In this document: piece by piece, positions 1 to 8,858 of the stretch
Layout: every line of letters begins with the position of its first letter
How positions within the stretch are numbered: position 1 is the stretch's first letter
Assembly: GCA_964385825.1 (NCBI GenBank)
Contig: CAYLPX010000001.1
Span: 271,959 to 335,958 of the forward strand
Source of the DNA: an uncultured Candidatus Saccharibacteria bacterium
GTDB taxonomy: Bacteria; Patescibacteriota; Minisyncoccia; Phycocordibacterales; JAKFXT01
Direction of reading: 5' to 3'
DNA: 64,000 bases
The notes under the pieces: model-generated
What the model was told of the DNA's origin: nothing
The model's input: the letters and a program-made list of their open reading frames with translations, nothing else
Database searches by the model: none
Program-made: the position numbers and the translations under genes

Positions 1-347
1 ACACGCTACCCCGTGTGCCTTTTTTGGAGCTGAAGGAGGCCGTGCTTGGAAAAGAGTATGAACTTTCAATAGCACTAGTTGGTTCTACCACTTCCCGCAA
101 GCTCAACAAAACCTACCGAAGCAAAGACGCCCCTACAAACGTCCTCAGTTTCCCACTTTCCAAAAATGAAGGTGAGATTGTTCTTGATCTGGCCAAAATA
201 AAAACAGAAACAAAGAAGTTTGACCGAAAGTTTGAAAATCTTGTTGCATTTCTTTTTATCCACGGACTTTTTCATTTGAAAGGAATGGACCATGGTGTTA
301 CCATGGAGAATAAAGAGGCGAGTATTCGTAAGCGGTTTTTTATTTAG
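1..347 (+). CDS. ybeY: Endoribonuclease YbeY (rRNA maturation factor), 5' end cut by window edge
   Basis: HGLFHLKGMDH metal-binding motif (H-x-x-x-H-x-x-x-x-x-H); the frame is open back to position 1. Confidence 0.7.
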   Translation, partial: TLPRVPFLELKEAVLGKEYELSIALVGSTTSRKLNKTYRSKDAPTNVLSFPLSKNEGEIVLDLAKIKTETKKFDRKFENLVAFLFIHGLFHLKGMDHGVTMENKEASIRKRFFI

Positions 348-400
348 TTCTCTATAAGTAAAGACGCGCACCCTAACACACAAGCCTCTCCACTTTTATA

Positions 401-1588
401 ATGGCTCGTAACATAAGCGTTGGCGTTGATATTGGCACACGACATATTAAGGTTGTGGTCTCAACTCGTGGGGGCGAAAAAGATAGAGATTTCCCCAAGA
501 TCATTGGTACTGGCCAATCCGAATCAAAAGGACTTCGGCATGGTTACATCATCAATAGTGCCGATGTAACCGATGGTGTGCGGTTTGCAATTGCTGAGGC
601 AGAGAAAGCTTCTAAGATTAAGATTAAAAATGTTTTTCTTTCAATTGGTGGCATTGGACTTGAAGCAGCCACAAGTTCAGGTAGTGCTGTGGTTTCCCGT
701 GGAGACGGTGAAATAACTGATCTTGATACCCAAAAAGTAGAAGAAGCTGCTTTTTCCAATATTCCTCAGGCAGCTATTGTGAACCGAAAAGTCCTTCATC
801 ACATACCCCTCTCCTACAAAATAGATAACAAAGATGTCCCCTCACGAAACCCCCTCGGCATGAAGGGGCTCAAGCTTGATGTGCGCATGATTTTTATTAC
901 CGCCCTCGAACAGCAGGTTAATGACCTTATAGAAGCCGTGGAGGAAGCTGGCGTTACTGTGGACGATATTATGGCCTCCCCGCTCGCCGCAAGTTTAGTA
1001 TCACTCACCAAAACGCAGAAAATTGCAGGCTGTGTGCTGGCTAACATTGGAGCTGAAACCGTGTCAGTGGTGGTATATGAAAATAATATCCCTGTTTCCC
1101 TTGAAGTCTTCCCCATTGGCTCAACTGATATCACTAATGATATTGCACTTGGTCTGCGCGTCTCACTTGAAGAAGCAGAGAGTATCAAACTTGGAGCGAT
1201 TACCCAAACAAGTTATCCCAAAAAAGATTTAGACAAAATCATAGTAGCGCGCCTCTCTGATATTTTTGATCTAATTGAAGCGCACCTTAAAAAAATAAAT
1301 CGCAACGGACTTCTTCCTGCCGGCATCATTATGACCGGTGGTGGATCAGGTATTAACACCATAGAAGATTTGGCAAGAGCCGCCCTTCGTCTCCCTTCAA
1401 AAATTGGAACCCTGCCGGTAACCTCTGAAGGAAAGGCTATTAAGGATGCTTCCTGGGCGGTTGCATACGGCCTTACGATTTGGGGCTTTACGGGAGATGG
1501 TACCATGGGACGACCAAACGGCTTTAGCACCCTTTTTAAGGGGCTAGGGCGCTCCCTCCAAAACATAGTAAAACCACTTTTGCCGTAG
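401..1588 (+). CDS. ftsA: Cell division protein FtsA (actin-like ATPase)
   Basis: N-terminal VGVDIGT phosphate-1 motif, C-terminal MTGGGS motif, and it sits directly upstream of ftsZ. Confidence 0.8.
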   Translation: MARNISVGVDIGTRHIKVVVSTRGGEKDRDFPKIIGTGQSESKGLRHGYIINSADVTDGVRFAIAEAEKASKIKIKNVFLSIGGIGLEAATSSGSAVVSRGDGEITDLDTQKVEEAAFSNIPQAAIVNRKVLHHIPLSYKIDNKDVPSRNPLGMKGLKLDVRMIFITALEQQVNDLIEAVEEAGVTVDDIMASPLAASLVSLTKTQKIAGCVLANIGAETVSVVVYENNIPVSLEVFPIGSTDITNDIALGLRVSLEEAESIKLGAITQTSYPKKDLDKIIVARLSDIFDLIEAHLKKINRNGLLPAGIIMTGGGSGINTIEDLARAALRLPSKIGTLPVTSEGKAIKDASWAVAYGLTIWGFTGDGTMGRPNGFSTLFKGLGRSLQNIVKPLLP

Positions 1589-1772
1589 TAAGAATACTGC
1601 GCTAGACCACACTTTTTTCACTATAGGTGGAAAATGCTCCCCTTTACAAAAACACAAAACCGCTTTAAAAAGCGGTTTTTCCCACTTCAACATTACAACC
1701 ATAAAGTATCAAGGTTACATAGCAAAAACCCTTTGCTATCATTAAACCTAACTAAGGAAGAACATTAACGCT

Positions 1773-2990
1773 ATGGCAAAAATAAACCCAGAAATAGAGA
1801 CATTCGCCCGTATCCGCGTTATTGGAGTTGGTGGCTCTGGAAAGAATGCAACTAATCACATGGTTAACTCACATGTGAAAGGTGTGGACTTTATTGCCAT
1901 TAATACTGATGCACAAGACCTTCAGAATTCACTCGCAAAACGGAAAATACATATCGGTAAGAACTTAACTCGTGGACTTGGAACGGGAATGAATCCAGAT
2001 CTTGGTCGTCGCGCTGCTGAAGAAACAAAAGAAGAAATTCAAGAAGCTATCAAAGGTGCTGATATGGTTTTCATTGCTGGTGGAATGGGTGGTGGGACAG
2101 GTACCGGCGCAGCACCTATTGTCGCACAAACAGCGAAAGAACTCGGGGCCCTCACTGTTGCCGTAGTCACTCGTCCTTTCACCTTTGAAGGTGCGCAGCG
2201 TAACCGTTTGGCTGATCAGGGGCTCGAGGAACTCCGCAAACAGGTTGATGCCATGATTGTGATTCCGAACGACCGTATCCTCGCAACCGTTGCGAAAGAC
2301 ACGCTCGCAAAAACCGGCTTTGCAATGTCAGATGACATTCTCCGCCAAGCGGTTGAGGGAATTTCTGACCTTATCACCACCCCTGGGACCATTAACGTAG
2401 ACTTCGCGGATATCCGTTCAGTTATGGAGAATGCGGGAAGTGCGCTTATGGGTATCGGAACTGCATCGGGCGACAATCGCGCGGTTGAAGCTGCAAAAGG
2501 CGCTATCAACTCTCCCCTCCTTGATATTTCAATCCACAACGCCAAGGGCGTACTCTTCGCAGTTGCCGGAGGAGATGACCTTACTATGCTAGAAATCCAA
2601 GAGGCAGCTAAAGTCATCACTGAATCTATTGACCCTAATGCCCGAGTTATCTTCGGTACTATTTTTGATGAGAAACTAAAGAAAAACGAAATTAAGGTAA
2701 CCGTTATCGCAACTGGCTTTCCTGATCCAAGCAACCTTACTCGTGATTCACTTTTCCCAGTACGAGGTGCCTCAAAGGCTCCCGAGGAAGAAAGGAGGCT
2801 CGGTGGTATTTTCGGTGGAACGAGTAACTCAACTCCAACTATAAAAGAAAAAGTTGAAGAGAAAAAAAATGAACCCGTAGTAACAGCAACTCCTCAACCA
2901 ACTGACGTTAAAGATACTAAGCCTTTGCCAGATGAAGATTCTGACGACTGGGGCGCTGTTCCAGCATTCCTCCGTCGTAACAAGAAATAA
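1773..2990 (+). CDS. ftsZ: Cell division GTPase FtsZ
   Basis: GGGTGTG tubulin signature and a GVGGSG N-terminal motif. Confidence 0.95.
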   Translation: MAKINPEIETFARIRVIGVGGSGKNATNHMVNSHVKGVDFIAINTDAQDLQNSLAKRKIHIGKNLTRGLGTGMNPDLGRRAAEETKEEIQEAIKGADMVFIAGGMGGGTGTGAAPIVAQTAKELGALTVAVVTRPFTFEGAQRNRLADQGLEELRKQVDAMIVIPNDRILATVAKDTLAKTGFAMSDDILRQAVEGISDLITTPGTINVDFADIRSVMENAGSALMGIGTASGDNRAVEAAKGAINSPLLDISIHNAKGVLFAVAGGDDLTMLEIQEAAKVITESIDPNARVIFGTIFDEKLKKNEIKVTVIATGFPDPSNLTRDSLFPVRGASKAPEEERRLGGIFGGTSNSTPTIKEKVEEKKNEPVVTATPQPTDVKDTKPLPDEDSDDWGAVPAFLRRNKK

Positions 2991-3071
2991 GCACGTAATA
3001 CTGCAAAAAGAAAATCTTGGTGAAAGCCAAGATTTTCTTTTCTATAAACTATAGACTATAATCTATCAACT

Positions 3072-3998
3072 ATGGTATACGATGTGGCTATTATTGGTGG
3101 AGGTCCTGCCGGCACTGCAGCTGGTGTGTACGCTTCCCGCAAAAGATTGAAAACTATTCTTTTCGCAGAGACATTCGGCGGACAAAGTACAGTATCAGAT
3201 GATATTCAAAACTGGATCGGTACTCCACACATAAGTGGTGCTGATCTTGCCAAGTCCTTTGAAGCGCACCTTAAAACATATGCAGACGATATTGTAGACA
3301 TCAAAGTCCCTACGCGCGTTTCAAAGATTGAAAAAACTGACGATCATTTTACCCTTACCATTGACGGGGGTGAAACCTGTGAAGCAAAAACGATTCTCAT
3401 TACTGTTGGGAGCACCAGACGCAAAATAACAGTGCCTGGCGCTGATATATACGAACACAAGGGTATTACCTACTGTGCTTCATGCGACGGGCCAGTCTAT
3501 AGCGGTGAGGATGTGGTAGTTATCGGCGGTGGAAATGCAGGTTTTGAAAGCGCTGCACAGCTTGCTGCGTACTGTAAAAGCGTTACCATACTCCACAAGC
3601 ACGACTCCTTTAAAGCAGATGAGGTAACTGTGGCAAAAGTACTCGCCAAAGAAAATGTTAAAAGTATTTTGAACGCTGAACTCCTCTCTATTGAAGGGGA
3701 TAAGTTTGTAACCGGACTTACCTACAAAGATAAAGTTAGTGGCGAGACAAAAACACTCCCTGTAACGGGCGTATTTGTAGAAATCGGACTTATTCCCTCG
3801 ACTGATCTAGTTAACGACTTAGTTGAAAAAACCCCTGCCGGACAAATTATTATTGACCCACGCACACAGCAGACAAAAACTTACGGAATCTGGGCAGCTG
3901 GAGATTGTACCGACGTGCTATACCATCAGAACAACATTGCTGCAGGAGATGCAGTCCGAGCACTAGAGGACATGTATTTGCATATACACGCGAAATAA
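3072..3998 (+). CDS. trxB: Thioredoxin-disulfide reductase
   Basis: FAD site GGGPAG, redox CxxC (CASCDG), second Rossmann motif GGGNAG. Confidence 0.9.
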   Translation: MVYDVAIIGGGPAGTAAGVYASRKRLKTILFAETFGGQSTVSDDIQNWIGTPHISGADLAKSFEAHLKTYADDIVDIKVPTRVSKIEKTDDHFTLTIDGGETCEAKTILITVGSTRRKITVPGADIYEHKGITYCASCDGPVYSGEDVVVIGGGNAGFESAAQLAAYCKSVTILHKHDSFKADEVTVAKVLAKENVKSILNAELLSIEGDKFVTGLTYKDKVSGETKTLPVTGVFVEIGLIPSTDLVNDLVEKTPAGQIIIDPRTQQTKTYGIWAAGDCTDVLYHQNNIAAGDAVRALEDMYLHIHAK

Positions 3999-4035
3999 AA
4001 ACTACTCCCCTAGATTTAAATACCCCAATAAATAT

Positions 4036-4410
4036 ATGGACGAAACTTCACCTCCCCCAAAATTTAACTTTAATAAAATTTTAGAAACTTTTGGTTTCCT
4101 AATTAGAAACGGATTTGTTTGGTTTATTTTCTCTATATTTGCTGGCCTAGGTGAAATGGATATTAAATTTATTAGTGAAAAGACTTACGAATTGATAGGT
4201 CTTCCTTTTTTTCTTATCTGGCCAATACATACTTTCTACTTCATAAGTGTCCTATTAATTTTATTTTTTAAAAATGAACAGAATAAGTTTTTCATATTTA
4301 TACAAAAAAATCTTAAAACTTCTAAACTTCTTTTATTTACCCCTCTTGTATTTGTTTTCTCGATGGAACTTATTAGACTTATACTTTATTTAATCTTTCA
4401 AAAATTTTAA
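4036..4410 (+). CDS. Hypothetical small membrane protein in a very AT-rich island
   Basis: 124-aa ORF with 3 hydrophobic segments; extreme AT content; no recognisable family. Confidence 0.3.
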   Translation: MDETSPPPKFNFNKILETFGFLIRNGFVWFIFSIFAGLGEMDIKFISEKTYELIGLPFFLIWPIHTFYFISVLLILFFKNEQNKFFIFIQKNLKTSKLLLFTPLVFVFSMELIRLILYLIFQKF

Positions 4411-4422
4411 AAACTCGCTCTA

Positions 4423-4662
4423 CTAATCTAAAATGGTATTTTTAAGTTTTTCGAACGACGGATAATTACTAATGTTTTGTTCCTGAATAAAAGCTGTGTA
4501 TACGGTTTCCAACTCCTCAAGTGCATTTTCAATATTAACAATCATTAGTTGATCCTCTGCAGAATCTTTAATCTCAGGTTTATCTGTTGGTTTTTTAAGA
4601 TCCTTGAGTTCCAATAGTAGTGCTTGTATTGCGTAAAATGTTGTTTTTAAAGTTATTTCCAT
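4423..4662 (-). CDS. Hypothetical small acidic protein (79 aa, from the internal Met)
   Basis: The upstream part of the 188-aa ORF overlaps tRNA-Val and repeats, so only the AT-rich C-terminal 79 codons are plausible. Confidence 0.25.
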   Translation of the reverse strand: MEITLKTTFYAIQALLLELKDLKKPTDKPEIKDSAEDQLMIVNIENALEELETVYTAFIQEQNISNYPSFEKLKNTILD

Positions 4663-4681
4663 AGTACGTTTAATTATAATG

Positions 4682-4711
4682 CAGGATTCGGTCACGCATA
4701 ATTTTTTGCTA
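4682..4711. repeat. 30-bp direct repeat, copy 1 (caggattcggtcacgcataattttttgcta)
   Basis: Identical copy at 4781-4810; the two flank a 69-bp imperfect hairpin segment. Confidence 0.8.
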
Positions 4712-4780
4712 ACTTGTCTTGTGGTCAGGGATATTTTGCGTGTCGTCACACACAAAATTCCACGACCCTGGCTCGCAAGA

Positions 4781-4866
4781 CAGGATTCGGTCACGCATAA
4801 TTTTTTGCTAAAAATTTGCGCTACCCCGCCTCGGCTCATCAGCCTCCGGCCTTCAACTCCTATACC
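4781..4866 (+). repeat. tRNA-associated GGTCAC element, copy E1 (includes 30-bp direct repeat copy 2)
   Basis: About 75% identical to 37527-37600 and 8318-8395 (ggtcacRNataattttttgctaaaaatttNNgcgaccccgNctcggc...cagcc). Confidence 0.7.
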
Positions 4867-4873
4867 GCGCACG
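4852..4873. repeat. Inverted copy of the tRNA-Val 3' end (T-loop plus acceptor 3' strand)
   Basis: ttcaactcctataccgcgcac is the exact reverse complement of 4898-4918; the 21-bp arms are separated by a 24-nt spacer holding a cccct/agggg mini-hairpin. Confidence 0.85.
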
Positions 4874-4898
4874 CGCCCCTCTAAGGGGACTGTCTTAG

Positions 4899-4971
4899 TG
4901 CGCGGTATAGGAGTTGAACCTATGACCCCAATCACGTCAAGATTGTGCTCTACCAACTGAGCTAACCGCGC
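4899..4971 (-). tRNA. tRNA-Val (anticodon GAC)
   Basis: Manual cloverleaf: acceptor GCGCGGT/ACCGCGC, D arm GCTC/GAGC, anticodon stem CAATC/GATTG with loop TTGACGT, T arm ATAGG-TTCAACT-CCTAT. Confidence 0.85.
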
Positions 4972-5040
4972 ATGTAGCGATACTATCAAATCCCCCCGCT
5001 CCTTTCCACTCCCCTCTAAACAAAATTAAAGGTTAACTTA

Positions 5041-5505
5041 TTAATGCCCTTCAAAATAAGCTGTATTCCCCTCAGTTATAGAATGGGCTTTTACGAACCC
5101 ACTATTCACCTCTATCACATACCGAGCTTCCTTTTTAGAAGTTACCGTATTGGGGTATGTCTCTGGTTTAAAATCCTGTGTCACATCTACCACCTTCCAA
5201 TCACTATCAAACCAAACCAGATCGAGCGCAAACTTCATATCTTTCATCCAAAAATCGTAAAACCCTGGTTTATTAAAAACAAAAAGCATGCCAGCATTCT
5301 GTTCCAATTTTTCTCGCCCACTTAACCCCGTAGTTCGCAGAAGCGAATCATTTGCTACTTCAACTACCAACGTTGAGCCGTTGATAGTAAGGTCCCCAGC
5401 TCTCACATTCTCCAGCGTATGCTTATAGTTGTAGTACCAATATCCCACTCCAATACCAAGGAGAAGCAATATGAGAAGTACAATAGCTAGTAAGCGTTTC
5501 TTCAT
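5041..5505 (-). CDS. DUF192 family protein (secreted or membrane-anchored)
   Basis: DUF192-like block GMLFVF...DFWMKDMKFALD; start taken at MKKRLLAIV, an N-terminal TM/signal. Confidence 0.55.
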   Translation of the reverse strand: MKKRLLAIVLLILLLLGIGVGYWYYNYKHTLENVRAGDLTINGSTLVVEVANDSLLRTTGLSGREKLEQNAGMLFVFNKPGFYDFWMKDMKFALDLVWFDSDWKVVDVTQDFKPETYPNTVTSKKEARYVIEVNSGFVKAHSITEGNTAYFEGH

Positions 5506-5506
5506 A

Positions 5507-5908
5507 TTAGACGACACTTTGCGTGCAGTGAGCACAGCGTCTAGCCTCAAGCGGTATTTCACTCATACATTCCTTACACTTTTTAGTTGTGGGGTCAGCG
5601 GGGGGCTCCTTACGTGAACGGGCTATGAGCAAATTCATGGGCTTCACGACAAAGAAGAAAACAGCACTGGCTACGAGAATGAATGAAATGAGAGCATTAA
5701 TAAAATGCCCGTATTTAAAAACGCTCCCATTAAGCGTAAAAGAAAGTCCACTGAAGTCTGGCACTTTAGCAATAGCAGCAATGAGTGGTGTTAAAATATC
5801 CGCCACCAGCGCCGAAACAATAGTTCCAAAAGCGGCACCAACCACTACACCAACCGCCAGATCTACTACATTCCCGCGAAGCAAAAATTGTTTAAATTCC
5901 TGAAGCAT
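5507..5908 (-). CDS. mscL: Large-conductance mechanosensitive channel MscL with a C-terminal CxxC...CxxC zinc ribbon
   Basis: MLQEFKQFLLRGNVVDLAVGVVVGAAFG is the canonical MscL N-terminus; start taken at the internal Met. Confidence 0.85.
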   Translation of the reverse strand: MLQEFKQFLLRGNVVDLAVGVVVGAAFGTIVSALVADILTPLIAAIAKVPDFSGLSFTLNGSVFKYGHFINALISFILVASAVFFFVVKPMNLLIARSRKEPPADPTTKKCKECMSEIPLEARRCAHCTQSVV

Positions 5909-5966
5909 AAATTGCAAGATACTAATAAGTACCCCTATTTTAGCAGAGTTTAAGACGTGGGGTAAG

Positions 5967-6743
5967 TTAGTGTAGCCTACTGCGTATAAAAGCGTCACCA
6001 TCCTCGGCGGCAAGTTGAAGGGCCTCAAAGGAGGTAAAGAGAGCTCGCCTATCAGCAGATGTTTTCTTCCCCTTTAAACACTCGAGGTGTAGGTGTATTC
6101 CGTAGGCAAGTCCTGTTTGTCCCACTATGCCACACTGCACTCCCGCCTTATACATACCCTTACTTGGGGCTGCATCACGCGCATGGAAATATACAAATGT
6201 ACGATCAACACCTGCTACGTAGTAGAAAAAATAGTTCCCAAACTGCGCATGAAGCCCGCTCTCTATCACTTCCCCATCCGCACAAAAGTACATAGGAACA
6301 TTGTCTTCTCCCTGAGTACCGTAGTCCACCCCTGGATGATGCCCTGTTTTGGGATAGTTCACACTATCAGGCACCAGAAAGGCCTGCGTCACATGAAACT
6401 TATCTGCCCGAATGGGCACCGCCCAAACACTACTAGTTGGCGAAGTAATGGTTAAATCCACATGAACGCTTCCCGCTAGAAGTGCGGTGAAAACTTCTTG
6501 TATTTTGGCGCGTGTTTTAGGACCGAGCATACCAGCCCCCATGTCGGTAGCGCTTGCTATCACTCCATACTTTAATTGGAAACGAATAACTGCCGAGACT
6601 GTTTTGTCACCAAAAAAGCCTGTAACAACACCTTCTGGGTAAATAGTTTTATCAAGTGAAAGTAGCTGCTGCAGACGAGTCACGTCAGGGCCCGTATTCC
6701 CTTTTTTTATTTTGGACGTAAAAATCGCAGAAAGTGGTGGCAT
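5967..6743 (-). CDS. M23 family metallopeptidase with N-terminal peptidoglycan-binding domain
   Basis: PG_binding_1-like segment (GNTGPDVTRLQQLL...FQLKYGV) and M23 motifs (HPGVDYG, GIHLHLE). Confidence 0.8.
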   Translation of the reverse strand: MPPLSAIFTSKIKKGNTGPDVTRLQQLLSLDKTIYPEGVVTGFFGDKTVSAVIRFQLKYGVIASATDMGAGMLGPKTRAKIQEVFTALLAGSVHVDLTITSPTSSVWAVPIRADKFHVTQAFLVPDSVNYPKTGHHPGVDYGTQGEDNVPMYFCADGEVIESGLHAQFGNYFFYYVAGVDRTFVYFHARDAAPSKGMYKAGVQCGIVGQTGLAYGIHLHLECLKGKKTSADRRALFTSFEALQLAAEDGDAFIRSRLH

Positions 6744-6780
6744 GCAACAGATAGAAAGTAAGGTTCAAAAAGCTTCAAAA

Positions 6781-7293
6781 TTAACAACCTGGATAAAGAG
6801 GCTCTTTGGGTATGGCGGGTAAGTTGGGCACAGTTCTTGAGCTACCATCGCTTTTAACCAAATAAAATGAATCCCGGATACAAAAATTACCACCTATATT
6901 TTCTCCATAGTTAGCATCAAATTGATAAGGAATACCCCAAGGATCAAGTCGTGGAAGTTTGCTATATATTCCATTCGTTGCGGTCTCCACCTTAGTAAGC
7001 ACAGTATCTACCCTTGTGAGACATCCTGGCTCTGTGGGAACATGACCATTAGCTGTACAGAATCCGGCCGTCCAATTTCCCTCGGGAGCAATCTGTAAAA
7101 AACGCTGATTTGTTTCTCCTTGAGCAATAGTTATAGCTTTAACTATTTCATTCATTTCATATCTAGCTCTAGCCACCTGCGCTTTATCTCGTGCAGACTG
7201 TAAGGCGGCAAAAATGATGGAAGAAAGAAATCCAATGATTGAAACAACCACAAGAAGTTCTATAAGCGTAAAGCCTGTATTTCTACTCTTCAT
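6781..7293 (-). CDS. Type IV pilin / pseudopilin-like protein (prepilin N-terminal methylation motif)
   Basis: N-terminus MKSRNTGFTLIELLVVVSIIG is a class III signal (G/FTLIE). Confidence 0.7.
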   Translation of the reverse strand: MKSRNTGFTLIELLVVVSIIGFLSSIIFAALQSARDKAQVARARYEMNEIVKAITIAQGETNQRFLQIAPEGNWTAGFCTANGHVPTEPGCLTRVDTVLTKVETATNGIYSKLPRLDPWGIPYQFDANYGENIGGNFCIRDSFYLVKSDGSSRTVPNLPAIPKEPLYPGC

Positions 7294-7649
7294 ATAGTTG
7301 AACCACCACGAGATGGTATTTTCTTTAATTCTTCAAGTGGTAGAGAGTTTCGTAATTCTGGACTTAAATCCTCAAAATACATAACTGGCAAAGGCTGACT
7401 CTTTTCACCAATGCCAAAGTAACTATATGCAATAGTCCCCACCATTAATACAAAAAAGATGCTAGCTATTACTATTAATACCTTAGAAGCTTGAGTCTCA
7501 TCCTTAACTGTACCCCGGGACAACTTCATGACAAACTGGACAAGTTTTGGAGGAGTGTCTTGTCTATAATACTTAATAGCCCCCCAACTATTTTCTCCAC
7601 TCTCAATAATTTCAACCTTACTACTTGAATCTTGATTATATTGGTCCAT
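7290..7649 (-). CDS. Hypothetical single-TM protein translationally coupled to the pilin gene
   Basis: 4-bp ATGA overlap with the downstream pilin gene; one TM helix. Confidence 0.35.
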   Translation of the reverse strand: MDQYNQDSSSKVEIIESGENSWGAIKYYRQDTPPKLVQFVMKLSRGTVKDETQASKVLIVIASIFFVLMVGTIAYSYFGIGEKSQPLPVMYFEDLSPELRNSLPLEELKKIPSRGGSTI

Positions 7650-7766
7650 TGGAGATATTATACTTCAAAAAAACAATATTCACTTATTTTTCAACAACCA
7701 AGAATCCTGGTTACCCATTAAGAAATAATGGTTATGGGTCTCAACAAATAAATGGCTCTCTAAAAA

Positions 7767-8279
7767 TTAAAACCTCCTACTGTCGTAAGCCCAATGAAGT
7801 ACTGCTTGTCTTTGTCGCGGTCGACAAGAAAAATCTCCTTGCCGACACCCGTGCGCAATTTGGGCAATATGTCTTCTAATCGCAATCCACCGCTTAATCT
7901 GCCTCTCATCATCTTCACTTCTTCGTCCCATATAGTACCGGCAATACCACTCAAACCACCCCCTTGGATCCTGTGGATTGATCCAGCCATTACTTCGCCA
8001 AACTGCAAGAGACTGACTAGCATTCACTCCATAAAAATTAAGCTTAGGATCTCGTTTATAGACACCTTCAACCTGAAACTTCGCATGAGTAAACCAATCT
8101 TTAGGAAATTCCTTAGTACAATCACGCATATACACCCCACCAAAAACCCCGAGCGCTAACATTTCCTTAGGAGAGAGGTCGGGTTTAAATCGGGGGTCAA
8201 AGTTTTTGCCCATTGGCTCTGCTAGTGTATAGGTATACCCCTTTTGCATCTTATTATGTACTACAACTATCTTTTTCAT
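7767..8279 (-). CDS. Conserved hypothetical cytosolic protein (W/Y/R-rich motif GWFEWYCRYYMGRRSEDDERQIKRW)
   Basis: 170-aa ORF with host-like composition; I cannot place the family with confidence. Confidence 0.45.
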   Translation of the reverse strand: MKKIVVVHNKMQKGYTYTLAEPMGKNFDPRFKPDLSPKEMLALGVFGGVYMRDCTKEFPKDWFTHAKFQVEGVYKRDPKLNFYGVNASQSLAVWRSNGWINPQDPRGWFEWYCRYYMGRRSEDDERQIKRWIAIRRHIAQIAHGCRQGDFSCRPRQRQAVLHWAYDSRRF

Positions 8280-8302
8280 TATTTTAATTTAAATACTAAC
8301 AT

Positions 8303-8321
8303 GCGGAGATGGGGAGATTTG
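8303..8321. repeat. Direct repeat of the tRNA-Ser(CGA) 3' end (gcggagatggggagatttg), joined to the GGTCAC element
   Basis: Identical to 8479-8497 inside the tRNA gene. Confidence 0.85.
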
Positions 8322-8395
8322 GTCACAGATAAATTCTTTCAAAATTTTCCGCGACCCCGACTCGGCGACAAGCCCAAGCAAAGCTTGTCTTGTAT
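8318..8395 (+). repeat. tRNA-associated GGTCAC element, copy E3
   Basis: ggtcacagataaattctttcaaaattttccgcgaccccgactcggcgacaagcc aligns with E1 and E2. Confidence 0.6.
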
Positions 8396-8479
8396 ACCGC
8401 CTCCGTCTTTCAAATCTCCCCGTAACTCACACAATGATGCTTCGCTCAAATAGCATAAAGCTATTTTCGCGAATCATTG

Positions 8480-8566
8480 CGGAGATGGGGAGATTTGAAC
8501 TCCCGATGGGGTTACCCCCATGCCTGATTTCGAGTCAGGTGCCTTCAACCACTCAGCCACATCTCC
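8480..8566 (-). tRNA. tRNA-Ser (anticodon CGA), long variable arm
   Basis: Acceptor GGAGATG/CATCTCC, anticodon stem CCTGA/TCAGG with loop CTCGAAA, variable arm CATGGGGGTAACCCCATC, T arm GGGAG-TTCAAAT-CTCCC. Confidence 0.85.
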
Positions 8567-8588
8567 AAGACATCCTATCCTAACATTT

Positions 8589-8617
8589 TTGGCAATTTTA
8601 TAGAAAAGTGTTATAAT
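8589..8617 (+). promoter_or_regulatory. Sigma70-type promoter for tRNA-Glu (TTGGCA, 17-nt spacer, extended -10 TGtTATAAT)
   Basis: Near-consensus hexamers with 17-nt spacing; an ~80-nt leader with a hairpin plus T-run precedes the tRNA. Confidence 0.5.
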
Positions 8618-8705
8618 CGGCAGCGAGTGAGAAATCAAAAAGCTCGCTTTTTTGTTTGTCGCGAGCGAACCGATTATATGTAATCATATAGTGTCGCGAT
8701 ATTTT

Positions 8706-8777
8706 GGCCCTATCGTCTATCGGTTAGGACACGGCCTTTTCAAGGCTGGAAGCGGAGTTCGACTCTCCGTAGGGTCA
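8706..8777 (+). tRNA. tRNA-Glu (anticodon TTC)
   Basis: Acceptor GGCCCTA/TAGGGTC, D stem GTCT/GGAC, anticodon stem CGGCC/GGCTG with loop TTTTCAA, T arm CGGAG-TTCGACT-CTCCG. Confidence 0.85.
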
Positions 8778-8807
8778 CACGTAGTAACTTGTGACACAAA
8801 GAATCGG

Positions 8808-8836
8808 AAAAAAGGCGGGTACCCCGCCTTTTTTCC
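8808..8836 (+). terminator. Intrinsic terminator after tRNA-Glu (ggcgggtaccccgcc stem, A- and T-tracts on either side)
   Basis: GC stem-loop followed by TTTTTT. Confidence 0.7.
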
Positions 8837-8858
8837 TGCATGACTGTATAATTAAAAC

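Noticed and set aside
4663-4989. ORFs 4679-4960 (+) and the upstream part of 4423-4989 (-)
   Set aside because: They cover tRNA-Val, its inverted 3'-end copy and the 30-bp direct repeats. The translations are repeat-derived nonsense.
5507-5560. C-terminal CxxC...CxxC extension on MscL as a novel fusion
   Set aside because: Zinc-ribbon-tailed MscL variants are a known subtype in several bacterial groups, so this is not novel.
7625-8159. ORFs 7625-7879 (+), 7760-8023 (-), 7794-8159 (+)
   Set aside because: They overlap the better-supported 7767-8279 and 7290-7649 genes. Low-complexity translations.
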